Assembly (NCBI GenBank): GCA_002309885.1 | Contig: DBYP01000018.1 | Span: forward strand, 27,602 to 91,601 | Length of the DNA stretch: 64,000 nucleotides | DNA from: Verrucomicrobia bacterium UBA1183 | GTDB taxonomy: Bacteria > Verrucomicrobiota > Verrucomicrobiia > Opitutales > UBA9783 | Reading direction: 5' to 3' | Shown: in pieces, positions 54,430 through 61,874 of the stretch | Position numbering within the stretch: position 1 is the stretch's first letter | How the letters are laid out: the number at the start of each line of letters is the position of its first letter | The notes under the pieces: model-generated | Databases searched by the model: none | What the model saw: the letters and a program-made list of their open reading frames with translations, nothing else | Told to the model about the DNA's origin: nothing | Made by a program: the position numbers and the translations under genes

Positions 54430-54567
54430 ATCCAAACCTAAATAAACACGTTATCGTTCCAACCGTCAAGATTATTTTGATAAATCGTGGTAGGATATCT
54501 TCCCTTACAATACAATTCCTATTCTCAATGGCGCTGGAGTGCGTCTATACAAGCTAAAGTGCTGCAA

Positions 54568-54598
54568 TTTGAAGGATTTTTATAAAAAATTCCTCAAA
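54568..54598 (+). repeat. solitary H3-type hairpin module of the repeat family
   Basis: TTTGAAGGATTTTTATAAAAAATTCCTCAAA matches the H3 module (TTGAGGGATTTTTTACAAAAAATCCCTCAAA), with no other modules nearby. Confidence 0.55.
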
Positions 54599-54858
54599 TT
54601 AAAAGACCTCGCAACGGTTATGCCGAAAAAACTGAAAAAAGCAACTTGAACGTCTCTAAATACTTTCGCTCATTTCAAAAATGACAAACTCCGGCCGCGT
54701 GTTACCACGATCTTCTTGTTGGCTATGTCCCAGTTTTTCAAACGATTGCCGGATTACACGGCTTCTTCTTGCTTGTTTAACTTCGGATATCTTTACGGAG
54801 GTGTAACATTATTTTCACGGGACGACTTTTGCAAGAAGTTTATTCCATGTTTTGGTAT

Positions 54859-55713
54859 CTAAGCCTTCTTATAGCCTATCGCGACCCAGTTTACGTCGGG
54901 ATCTTCGGAAAACGAAATATTTTCCAAACCAGATTTTGTCATTAAGTCAACGATATCCGCTTTGGAATAACGTTTTTCATAACAAGTACCGAATCGATCC
55001 AAAGCGCAATTTTTCATGTTATAAAAAGCTCCTCGGCGGTAAGCGCTTAAAGGGATATTTTTGTACGGTAAGCGTAATTTTTCAGCGATAAAAGCAATTT
55101 TTGCCAGAGGATAATATACCAAAGCTGCTATCGTATTTGTAACTAAGATCTTCAATTTATGTGGTAATCTGCAAATGCATTTCCTCAAAACATCACTACA
55201 TTCCCAAATCAACTTAAACCATAATGGTCTATTTTCAAAATTATAATACATATAAACCAAAAATGGTGCCCCAGGTTTCAATTTATCCGCACATGCCTTC
55301 ATAGCAGACAAAGTATCCGGTATATGGTGAAGAACGCCTAGACAATAACCAAAATCCTGACTCGATTCAGCCAAAGGCATGCTGTTTATGGTTGTATTAT
55401 AAAAATTAACATTGGAAAATTTCGATAACTTACTTTTTGCAATTTCAATTGCATTGGAGGGATCCACGCAATTCAATTTAGCAATTTTTGCGTATTTTCC
55501 AGATAATATAAATTCGGCCCAACGTCCCGAACCACATCCAGCATCAAAACCCTCAGCATTATCTGGCAATTTCCCCCAAGGAAATATTGAAAAATAACCA
55601 TCGAATTCATGTTTTAAGTCTTCAAGCGGCCTTTCACTATTTGTAAAAGAATGCCATTCTCTACCGAAATGATTGACCACATTGATATCCAAATTATCCG
55701 ATTTCTGAAACAT
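54859..55713 (-). CDS. class I SAM-dependent methyltransferase
   Basis: SAM-binding motif I FDAGCGSGRW, post-I CVDPS, and GVLHHIPD. The ATG at 55713 (MFQKSDN) is preferred over the TTG at 55749. Confidence 0.7.
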   Translation of the reverse strand: MFQKSDNLDINVVNHFGREWHSFTNSERPLEDLKHEFDGYFSIFPWGKLPDNAEGFDAGCGSGRWAEFILSGKYAKIAKLNCVDPSNAIEIAKSKLSKFSNVNFYNTTINSMPLAESSQDFGYCLGVLHHIPDTLSAMKACADKLKPGAPFLVYMYYNFENRPLWFKLIWECSDVLRKCICRLPHKLKILVTNTIAALVYYPLAKIAFIAEKLRLPYKNIPLSAYRRGAFYNMKNCALDRFGTCYEKRYSKADIVDLMTKSGLENISFSEDPDVNWVAIGYKKA

Positions 55714-55806
55714 GGAACAGATGAAATCAAATATCTTATATAAATGCAAGCTTTTTATACGGGCTCTAGACTAGCATCTCTTAAAATTTCCTCCAAAATG
55801 TGATAG

Positions 55807-56430
55807 TTATTCTTCCGCAGAACTTTCTAGTAAATCGAGGATTTCCTGAAATCCACGATGGCGTGCAACACCGATGGCCGTACTTCCATATCCATCTACA
55901 AGGTTAGGATTAGCACCCCGGTTTAACAACAATGTAACAGTTGCTATATCGTTATTGCGTACAGCCTTAACAAGAGGAATCCAAGGCTCGTCCTCTAAGC
56001 CATCAGGGCTAGCTCCATATTCTAACAATGCTCTGGCAACCTCAGTATGCTTTTCTTGTACTGCCATGGTTAAAGCTGAAGCTCCTTCATTATCTCTGTC
56101 GTTCAGTGCATTCGGCTCGGCTCCATTAGCTAATAAATCGCGAGCGACTTCTACGTGTCCATGCTCAGCTGCATAAAAAAGAGGTGTCAAATCAAAACGA
56201 TCCCTAGCGTTGACATGATTTGGATGTGACATTATTAAGTCTTGTGCAATCTCAATTAGTCCAGCCTCAGCAGCTCTATGAAGTGTACCTGGGCAGCTTG
56301 CGAAACCGGTCGATATGTCATAAAACATATCCTCAGGTGTTTGTTGTGACGTTCCACACTGTCCTTTACCAAAAACACAAACACAACCAACAATACTAAA
56401 GGCGATTATTAAGTGTTTTAATCTCTTCAT
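55807..56430 (-). CDS. ankyrin-repeat protein with signal peptide (possible lipobox IVGC)
   Basis: The ATG at 56430 gives MKRLKHLIIAFSIVGCVCVFG. There are four or more ANK units (TPLFYAAEHGHVEVARDLLANGAEPN, ASALTMAVQEKHTEVARALLEYGASPD, IPLVKAVRNNDIATVTLLLNRGANPN, STAIGVARHRGFQEILDLL). Confidence 0.85.
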   Translation of the reverse strand: MKRLKHLIIAFSIVGCVCVFGKGQCGTSQQTPEDMFYDISTGFASCPGTLHRAAEAGLIEIAQDLIMSHPNHVNARDRFDLTPLFYAAEHGHVEVARDLLANGAEPNALNDRDNEGASALTMAVQEKHTEVARALLEYGASPDGLEDEPWIPLVKAVRNNDIATVTLLLNRGANPNLVDGYGSTAIGVARHRGFQEILDLLESSAEE

Positions 56431-56602
56431 AATAAGTGCTATATACTTACAAAACACATATGATTGTCAAGGCTAAACCTACCTTGAAGGCACATTCAAC
56501 TTTGAAGTTGCAAATGGCAGTATGGAAACACGGATTGCTTTTGTTATTTATTTGACTTAAAAGCAGAATTTGTTTTTGATTGAAAGGTCTTGTAGAAAAT
56601 AA

Positions 56603-56690
56603 GGAAGGATGGCAGAGTGGACGATTGCGACGGTCTTGAAAACCGTTAAACCGAAAGGTTTCGGGGGTTCGAATCCCTCTCCTTCCGCCA
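56603..56690 (+). tRNA. tRNA-Ser (anticodon UGA)
   Basis: 88 nt. Acceptor GGAAGGA/TCCTTCC, anticodon arm ACGGT-CTTGAAA-ACCGT, a long variable arm (TAAACCGAAAGGTTTC), T-loop GGTTCGAATCC, and encoded CCA. Confidence 0.92.
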
Positions 56691-56703
56691 GGGGGCTATT
56701 TGT

Positions 56704-57744
56704 ATGCAGTCGAAAAAAGTTTTAATCTTAGGAGCGAATGGTTTTATCGGAAGCACGTTGTGTGCACATTTGTTGGCAAAAACGCAACATGAAGTTTATG
56801 CGGTGGATTTGGGTACGCATAAATTAATCCCATGTTTGAATCACCCACGTTTCCACTTTCAGGAGTTGGATTTGTTGATTCATAATGAAGCCATCGAGTA
56901 CCTGGTACGGAAATGTGATATCGTTTTGCCTTTGGTTGCTATTGCAACCCCCGGCGTTTATGTTACCAAGCCATTGAGTGTATTTGAGCTAGATTTCGAA
57001 GCGAATTTGAAAGTTGTGCGTTGGTGTGCGAAATACAATAAGCGTGTTATTTTCCCATCCACTTCCGAAGTTTACGGAATGGCTACGGACGAGGCTTTTG
57101 AAGAGCATACAACCGATTTCATTCTTGGTCCTATTGAAAAGCAGCGCTGGATTTATTCCTGCTGCAAACAATTGATGGATCGTGTCATTTTTGCTTACGG
57201 CTTTGAGCAAGGTTTGGATTATACGCTATTTAGACCGTTCAATTTTATTGGAGCAAAACTGGACGATATTCGTAATGATGCTGGTTCGCGTGTGCTTACA
57301 CAGTTTTTACATAATGCACTCAATAAAAAACCGATCGAGCTGGTGGATGGTGGTCTGCAAACGCGTTGCTTTGTTTATATCGATGATGGAGTTGATTGTT
57401 TGATCCGCATTATAAATAATGAAAACGGTTGCGCAACCCGCGGTATTTTCAATATCGGCAATCCGAAGGAAAATTATTCCATCGCACAGTTGGCTGAATT
57501 TGTTAAAGATGCCATCGCAACTTTCGATCCCGTTTTGGCAAAGACTATCGAGATAAAATCCGTTTCCGCCGAAGAACATTACGGAAGCGCTTATCAGGAT
57601 GTCGCTCGACGTGTACCTTCCATCAAAGAAGCACAAACAAAGCTGGGTTGGTCACCAAAGACAACTTTGCAGGAGGCGTTGAAGTCTATCCTGGCTTATC
57701 ACCTTCAAGGCAAAGATCCCGACGCGGAGCTGTTAGGGAAGTAA
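56704..57744 (+). CDS. NAD-dependent UDP-glucuronate decarboxylating dehydrogenase, ArnA C-terminal-domain-like (stand-alone)
   Basis: [84 protein letters not shown] is nearly colinear with the E. coli ArnA dehydrogenase domain as I recall it. No formyltransferase domain is present. Confidence 0.8.
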   Translation: MQSKKVLILGANGFIGSTLCAHLLAKTQHEVYAVDLGTHKLIPCLNHPRFHFQELDLLIHNEAIEYLVRKCDIVLPLVAIATPGVYVTKPLSVFELDFEANLKVVRWCAKYNKRVIFPSTSEVYGMATDEAFEEHTTDFILGPIEKQRWIYSCCKQLMDRVIFAYGFEQGLDYTLFRPFNFIGAKLDDIRNDAGSRVLTQFLHNALNKKPIELVDGGLQTRCFVYIDDGVDCLIRIINNENGCATRGIFNIGNPKENYSIAQLAEFVKDAIATFDPVLAKTIEIKSVSAEEHYGSAYQDVARRVPSIKEAQTKLGWSPKTTLQEALKSILAYHLQGKDPDAELLGK

Positions 57745-57760
57745 GAGAGAAAGTGTGATG

Positions 57761-57850
57761 GTTTTGAGAGGTCTTTTGTAAAAACCATTCGAGTGCTTTT
57801 ATTTTCTTTACGTTTTTAAGGGATGGGGGATTTTTTAAAAAAATACCTTC
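57761..57850 (-). repeat. degraded copy of the three-hairpin repeat, reverse orientation
   Basis: GTTTTGAGAGGTCTTTTGTAAAAACCATTCGAG (H3-like), no H2, then GTTTTTAAGGGATGGGGGATTTTTTAAAAAAATACCTTC (arm plus a degraded H1). It starts 16 nt after the arnA-like stop. Confidence 0.55.
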
Positions 57851-57981
57851 GCGTTTGCTTTATTAGTTGCTTATTGTGAATTATTTGCATGATTTGGGCC
57901 TAGTGGTACGTTAAAAACATGAACATTAAGCTTTACATTTTGAAAAAATTGCGATTTTCTCTTCTTTGTAGATAATTTATT

Positions 57982-58083
57982 ATGGGAAACCTAAAGAAAA
58001 AACGTATTTTAAAGATGAACAAACACAAGCGCCGGAAGCGGTCCAAGTCGACACGTCACCGGAAGCGGACGTGGTCATTGTAG
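57982..58083 (+). CDS. 33-aa highly basic protein, bS22 / AURKAIP1-COX24-like ribosomal mini-protein (not in ORF track)
   Basis: Hand translation gives [33 protein letters not shown]. Its length and pattern (MG..KKKR..KM.KHK.RK...) match bacterial bS22 as known from mycobacteria and Bacteroidetes, recalled from memory. Confidence 0.65.
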   Translation: MGNLKKKRILKMNKHKRRKRSKSTRHRKRTWSL

Positions 58084-58290
58084 TTTTAAGGTAGGCTCTA
58101 GGCGATCGAAAAAGACCATTCAATACGCACGGTTTTATGTACGAAGAGTTACTGAGCGATCTTTCCATGGGTGATGATCGGTACCGTGTAGTTGTTGATT
58201 TTTTCGAGAACTTGGGCTTTCTTAAGGCCAGGGTACATTCAAAATTCCTTGGATTTTTGGCATTATGCCCTGATTTTTACAAGGAAGCAA

Positions 58291-58971
58291 ATGCGTAAGT
58301 GTTGTTGGTCGAGAGGAAGCTGTTCCGGTTCTGCTGGGTTAATGGTTTTCATAGGCTTGATCGTTTTGATGGAGCTTTGTATCTTGGTATGCGTAGGGCG
58401 GACAGTAAATGTTGTGGACGCCTTTAAGACCAATCTCGTGCTATTTTACCATTTTTTATCGACGCATGGATGGTGTATGATTGCAGCATTAGCTTTTTTG
58501 CCCACATTCGGTATTCCTATTTCCCCACTTTGGATTTTAGCTGGAGTGTTTTGGGGAATAAAATTATCGCTGATTATTGTAGCGCTTTGTTTGGTCTTTA
58601 ACCTAATCTTTTCGTATTTTTTCTATCAAAAATGTTTTAATCAAATACTGTATAAGTGGATATTGAAGAAAAAAGATTTGACACAATTGCTTCATACCGA
58701 TCGGCTGAATAGCATAAAATGGTGCTTGCTTATTCAATTGATACCGCAGGTGCCCTATATGGGGCAAGTCTACGTACTTTCAAGTCTCAAAGAGGTCAAT
58801 TTTTGGCATTATTTAAGTATCAGTTGGCTGTTCCAATTTTTGTGGGCCGTAGGATTTATTTTGGGTGGAAATGCCCTTAAATACGGGCAATGGGGGTTGA
58901 TGGCATTTGGCTTGATACTTCTTATAATTTATTTGATGCACAAAGGGTTTGCACGTTATAGAAAATTGTAA
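58291..58971 (+). CDS. TVP38/TMEM64 (DedA-related) family membrane protein
   Basis: Polytopic, with AFLPTFGIPISPLWILAGVFWG typical of the family. The ATG at 58291 is preceded by AAGGAAG; the track start 58192 is upstream. Confidence 0.6.
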   Translation: MRKCCWSRGSCSGSAGLMVFIGLIVLMELCILVCVGRTVNVVDAFKTNLVLFYHFLSTHGWCMIAALAFLPTFGIPISPLWILAGVFWGIKLSLIIVALCLVFNLIFSYFFYQKCFNQILYKWILKKKDLTQLLHTDRLNSIKWCLLIQLIPQVPYMGQVYVLSSLKEVNFWHYLSISWLFQFLWAVGFILGGNALKYGQWGLMAFGLILLIIYLMHKGFARYRKL

Positions 58972-60299
58972 TGATCACGCCACTGATAAAGGGTTTGATT
59001 TCCGTTCAAGAGCTTTCTGTTTGCTTGAGGCAGCTCGTACGAGAGGCTTTCCCTTTTGTTGCGGTTTATGGTGAAATTTCCAATTTGCGCAAAGTAGGAC
59101 GGACAACATACTTCACGCTGAAAGATGATGCTAGCCGGATTTCGGTGGTTGTTTTCGATAATTTGGAGCAACCCATCAGAGAAGGGCAATCGGTCATTGT
59201 GGAAGGTCGCGTGGACGTTTATATGGTTGCGGGAAGCTACCAAATTATTGCTCGTAAAATAAGACAGCTGGGTATCGGGGTGTTGCAACAAAAATTTGAA
59301 TTGCTGAAGGAAAAGCTTCGCGAGGAAGGGTTGTTTGCCCCTGAAAAAAAATTGCCTGTACCGAAGTTACCGGAACATATCGGTATTATAACCTCTTCGG
59401 AAGCGGCAGCATTGCAAGATTTTTTACAAATTTTGAAACGTAAAAGTTGGCGTGGCCGATTGACATTAGCGCCAGCGTTGGTTCAGGGACAAGCTGCACC
59501 TCAATCGATCGAAAGAGCATTCAAAGCCTTATCCAACGATACAACTGTAGATCTTATCGTATTGATTCGTGGTGGTGGAAGTTTCGAAGATTTGAACTGT
59601 TTCAATGATGAGCATTTGGTGCGTTTTTTGAGCCATCGCAAAAAGCCGTTGCTTACCGGTATTGGGCACGAAATTAATACAACGCTATGTGATTTTGTTG
59701 CAGATTTACGTGCAGAAACACCGACCGCAGCTGCCGAGATTATAGCGCATCATTTCCAATATGCTCAGGATAATTTTTTGCAATCGGCAGAACGATTGTT
59801 GCACGCATTTCAAAGCTGTTTGCAGCATTTTCAGCAGTCGTTGGTACTGATGCAACAAAAGCTGCAAGCGCAACATCCTGCCTTACCCTTTCAAATTTAT
59901 CGCGAAAGATTTTCGCAGATTTATCAAAAATTAAAAGCAACATTTCAGCATCAACTGCAACTAAAGCAAACTCGTTTTGAAATTAACACCATCGCTTTTA
60001 AGCGCTTTCCGTTTATGGCTGAATTGGATAAAAAAGGGATAGCATTGAAGCATCAAACGGCGCAATTAAACCATCTTTTTGGCAAGCATTGGGAAGCCGC
60101 TTCGGTACAGTATGAAAATACACATCGACTGTTGAGAGCGTCGGATCCAAAACGCCTGCTTTCCTGTGGATTGTTTTTCCCTGTTCAGGAATCTACAAAA
60201 GAGATTCAGGATGTTCGTACATTGCGACCGGGCGACGACCATTGTTTCTTGCATAAATCGGGATGTTACAAAATGCGCGTTCTTGAGAAGGTAAATTAA
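58971..60299 (+). CDS. xseA: exodeoxyribonuclease VII large subunit
   Basis: N-terminal OB fold (VYGEISNLRKVGRTTYFTLKDD..ISVVVF), IGIITSSEAAALQD, RGGGSFEDL, GIGHEIN, and a long helical C-terminus. The start overlaps the previous stop (TAATG). Confidence 0.92.
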   Translation: MITPLIKGLISVQELSVCLRQLVREAFPFVAVYGEISNLRKVGRTTYFTLKDDASRISVVVFDNLEQPIREGQSVIVEGRVDVYMVAGSYQIIARKIRQLGIGVLQQKFELLKEKLREEGLFAPEKKLPVPKLPEHIGIITSSEAAALQDFLQILKRKSWRGRLTLAPALVQGQAAPQSIERAFKALSNDTTVDLIVLIRGGGSFEDLNCFNDEHLVRFLSHRKKPLLTGIGHEINTTLCDFVADLRAETPTAAAEIIAHHFQYAQDNFLQSAERLLHAFQSCLQHFQQSLVLMQQKLQAQHPALPFQIYRERFSQIYQKLKATFQHQLQLKQTRFEINTIAFKRFPFMAELDKKGIALKHQTAQLNHLFGKHWEAASVQYENTHRLLRASDPKRLLSCGLFFPVQESTKEIQDVRTLRPGDDHCFLHKSGCYKMRVLEKVN

Positions 60300-60304
60300 A
60301 AAAT

Positions 60305-60433
60305 AAGGGAACTTTTTGAAAAAAGTTTCCCTTAAACCCTCAAAAACTTTTATCATCATTTTGCAACAATGTTGCAAAAATAACGAGAATTTTTGCGAAA
60401 ATTTGGGGAAATTTTTACGAAAGAGCTCCCAAA
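60305..60433 (+). repeat. three-hairpin intergenic repeat, full-length copy with a divergent right half, forward orientation
   Basis: AAGGGAACTTTTTGAAAAAAGTTTCCCTTA, AACCCTCAAAAAC, TTGCAACAATGTTGCAA, then a divergent right arm and H3 (TTTGGGGAAATTTTTACGAAAGAGCTCCCAAAG). It occupies essentially the whole 135-nt convergent xseA/tsaE gap. Confidence 0.88.
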
Positions 60434-60434
60434 G

Positions 60435-60848
60435 TTATAACGAGCTCATTGTAATGCGACGAGCGTTGTCGGGTAACACTTCGATAGATAAATGTTGTTG
60501 AAACGCGAGCGTTCCCGGACACAAGCATTCTGGCCATTCCACCACCAAGCAGAAGGGGGGTATGCATAAATCATCTATCGCAAAGGCTTCTAGAGATTCT
60601 TGTTTAAGCCGGTAAGCATCGATGTGAATGAGCCGACGGAGACCATCATGTACGTGCATTATATCAAATGAAGGGCTTCGGACGTTATCAATGTCCCAAG
60701 CCTTACCTAAACACTTTACGAATGCGGTTTTCCCTGCTCCTAGTTCTCCGTGAAGTGCTAAAAAACATGCCGGAGGGCAGCGACGCGCGAATGCTTGGGC
60801 ATACGTGTCTAAATCTTCTAGCGAATGAATGATGAATTCGGTGTTCAT
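60435..60848 (-). CDS. tsaE: tRNA threonylcarbamoyladenosine biosynthesis ATPase TsaE
   Basis: 137 aa. LHGELGAGKT P-loop, SPSF, HIDAYRL and EW. Confidence 0.9.
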   Translation of the reverse strand: MNTEFIIHSLEDLDTYAQAFARRCPPACFLALHGELGAGKTAFVKCLGKAWDIDNVRSPSFDIMHVHDGLRRLIHIDAYRLKQESLEAFAIDDLCIPPFCLVVEWPECLCPGTLAFQQHLSIEVLPDNARRITMSSL

Positions 60849-61666
60849 AACTCCGGTATTGAAAGGATAAGGAGCAAATTTGTTCCGTTAAATAGTGCAT
60901 GGATGCCGATATTGGTCCATATGCAGCGGGTTTTGATATAATAATGTCCCAGCCAGTATCCCAAGAAGCACAGTGGCAAAAACGAAGCAAAATGTTGGTG
61001 AATGACAGCGAAAATTAAGCTACAGGTCCATAAACTTTTCTTTAAGTCCATGCGAGAATGCAAGAAACGGAGCAAAATGCCTCTGAAGAAGATTTCTTCG
61101 CACAAGGGCGCTAGCAAAATGACGCAAATGCTGATCGCGAAGATACTGGCTAAATGCGGTTTTGAATGCGCCAGCAATTGGATAATAGGTTGTTGATTGA
61201 ACGATACGGGCATTCCCCATTGTTGTAACACCTCGATAATAAATTTCCAGAAAAGCGTTATCACAAAAAGCAACGGCAGACATTGACAATAGCCTTCAAA
61301 AATGTCTTCAAATAAGCGCGATATTTTAGTAATCTTTTGCGACATACCGGATATAAGCCGAGGATTGTTTTTTAGCAAAAACAGGATATATAGCACCAAA
61401 CTGGACTCGCCTAAGAGTGCCAACCACAGAATTTTATCGACCGAGTTGGGTATCTTTTTTAGGCACAAAACACCGATGTTTTGCGTAAGCCAAGGAATGA
61501 AAAGAAATAAAAACGTTGCTACAACGACCTGAAAACCTTTCAAATGCAAAGCGGATAGCGATAAAACAGATGTTTTTTTGCTGAAAAAGTGCTTCACAAT
61601 AAGCGTCACACCATACAAAAAGCAAAAGCTTATAAATAAAAAAATGGCATCTATCATGATTGGCAT
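60845..61666 (-). CDS. CPBP-family intramembrane glutamic endopeptidase (CAAX protease-like)
   Basis: Polytopic, with the motifs CEEIFFRG, FAVIH and HALFN in the canonical order. Confidence 0.85.
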   Translation of the reverse strand: MPIMIDAIFLFISFCFLYGVTLIVKHFFSKKTSVLSLSALHLKGFQVVVATFLFLFIPWLTQNIGVLCLKKIPNSVDKILWLALLGESSLVLYILFLLKNNPRLISGMSQKITKISRLFEDIFEGYCQCLPLLFVITLFWKFIIEVLQQWGMPVSFNQQPIIQLLAHSKPHLASIFAISICVILLAPLCEEIFFRGILLRFLHSRMDLKKSLWTCSLIFAVIHQHFASFLPLCFLGYWLGHYYIKTRCIWTNIGIHALFNGTNLLLILSIPEL

Positions 61667-61874
61667 TAGACGTAATTTTACCAGATTTTGCGAGAAAAAT
61701 TTCCATTTTTAAAAATTTTTCAAAAAATTTTGAACGTTTCTTATTTTGCTTTGTCTGAAATTGTACAAACGTTTCATTTTATTTTATCTTTCTTGCGGGG
61801 TGTTCAGCACCTCGTTCGTTTTTTGTGCGCATTGTTAGCGACGAAAGAAGTTGACGATTTATGAAAAACGACCG

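Noticed and set aside
54430..56602. Interpreting the tRNA-flanked islet as a classical integrase-mediated genomic island.
   Set aside because: There is no integrase or recombinase gene and no duplicated tRNA 3-prime segment. The islet abuts the 5-prime ends of both tRNAs, not the 3-prime ends. It is kept only as a compositional and synteny question in the findings.
57980..58168. The 62-aa minus-strand ORF overlapping the bS22-like gene.
   Set aside because: Its translation is Ser/Thr/Cys-rich, mirroring the Arg/Lys codons of the plus-strand gene. The plus-strand 33-aa ORF has an ATG start and a recognisable family pattern.
1601..60433. Whether the recurring palindromic repeats could be a CRISPR array or its remnants.
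   Set aside because: The copies are kilobases apart with ordinary genes between them. They occur in both orientations, are 125-145 bp long and are internally modular. There are no regularly spaced short spacers and no cas genes in the window.
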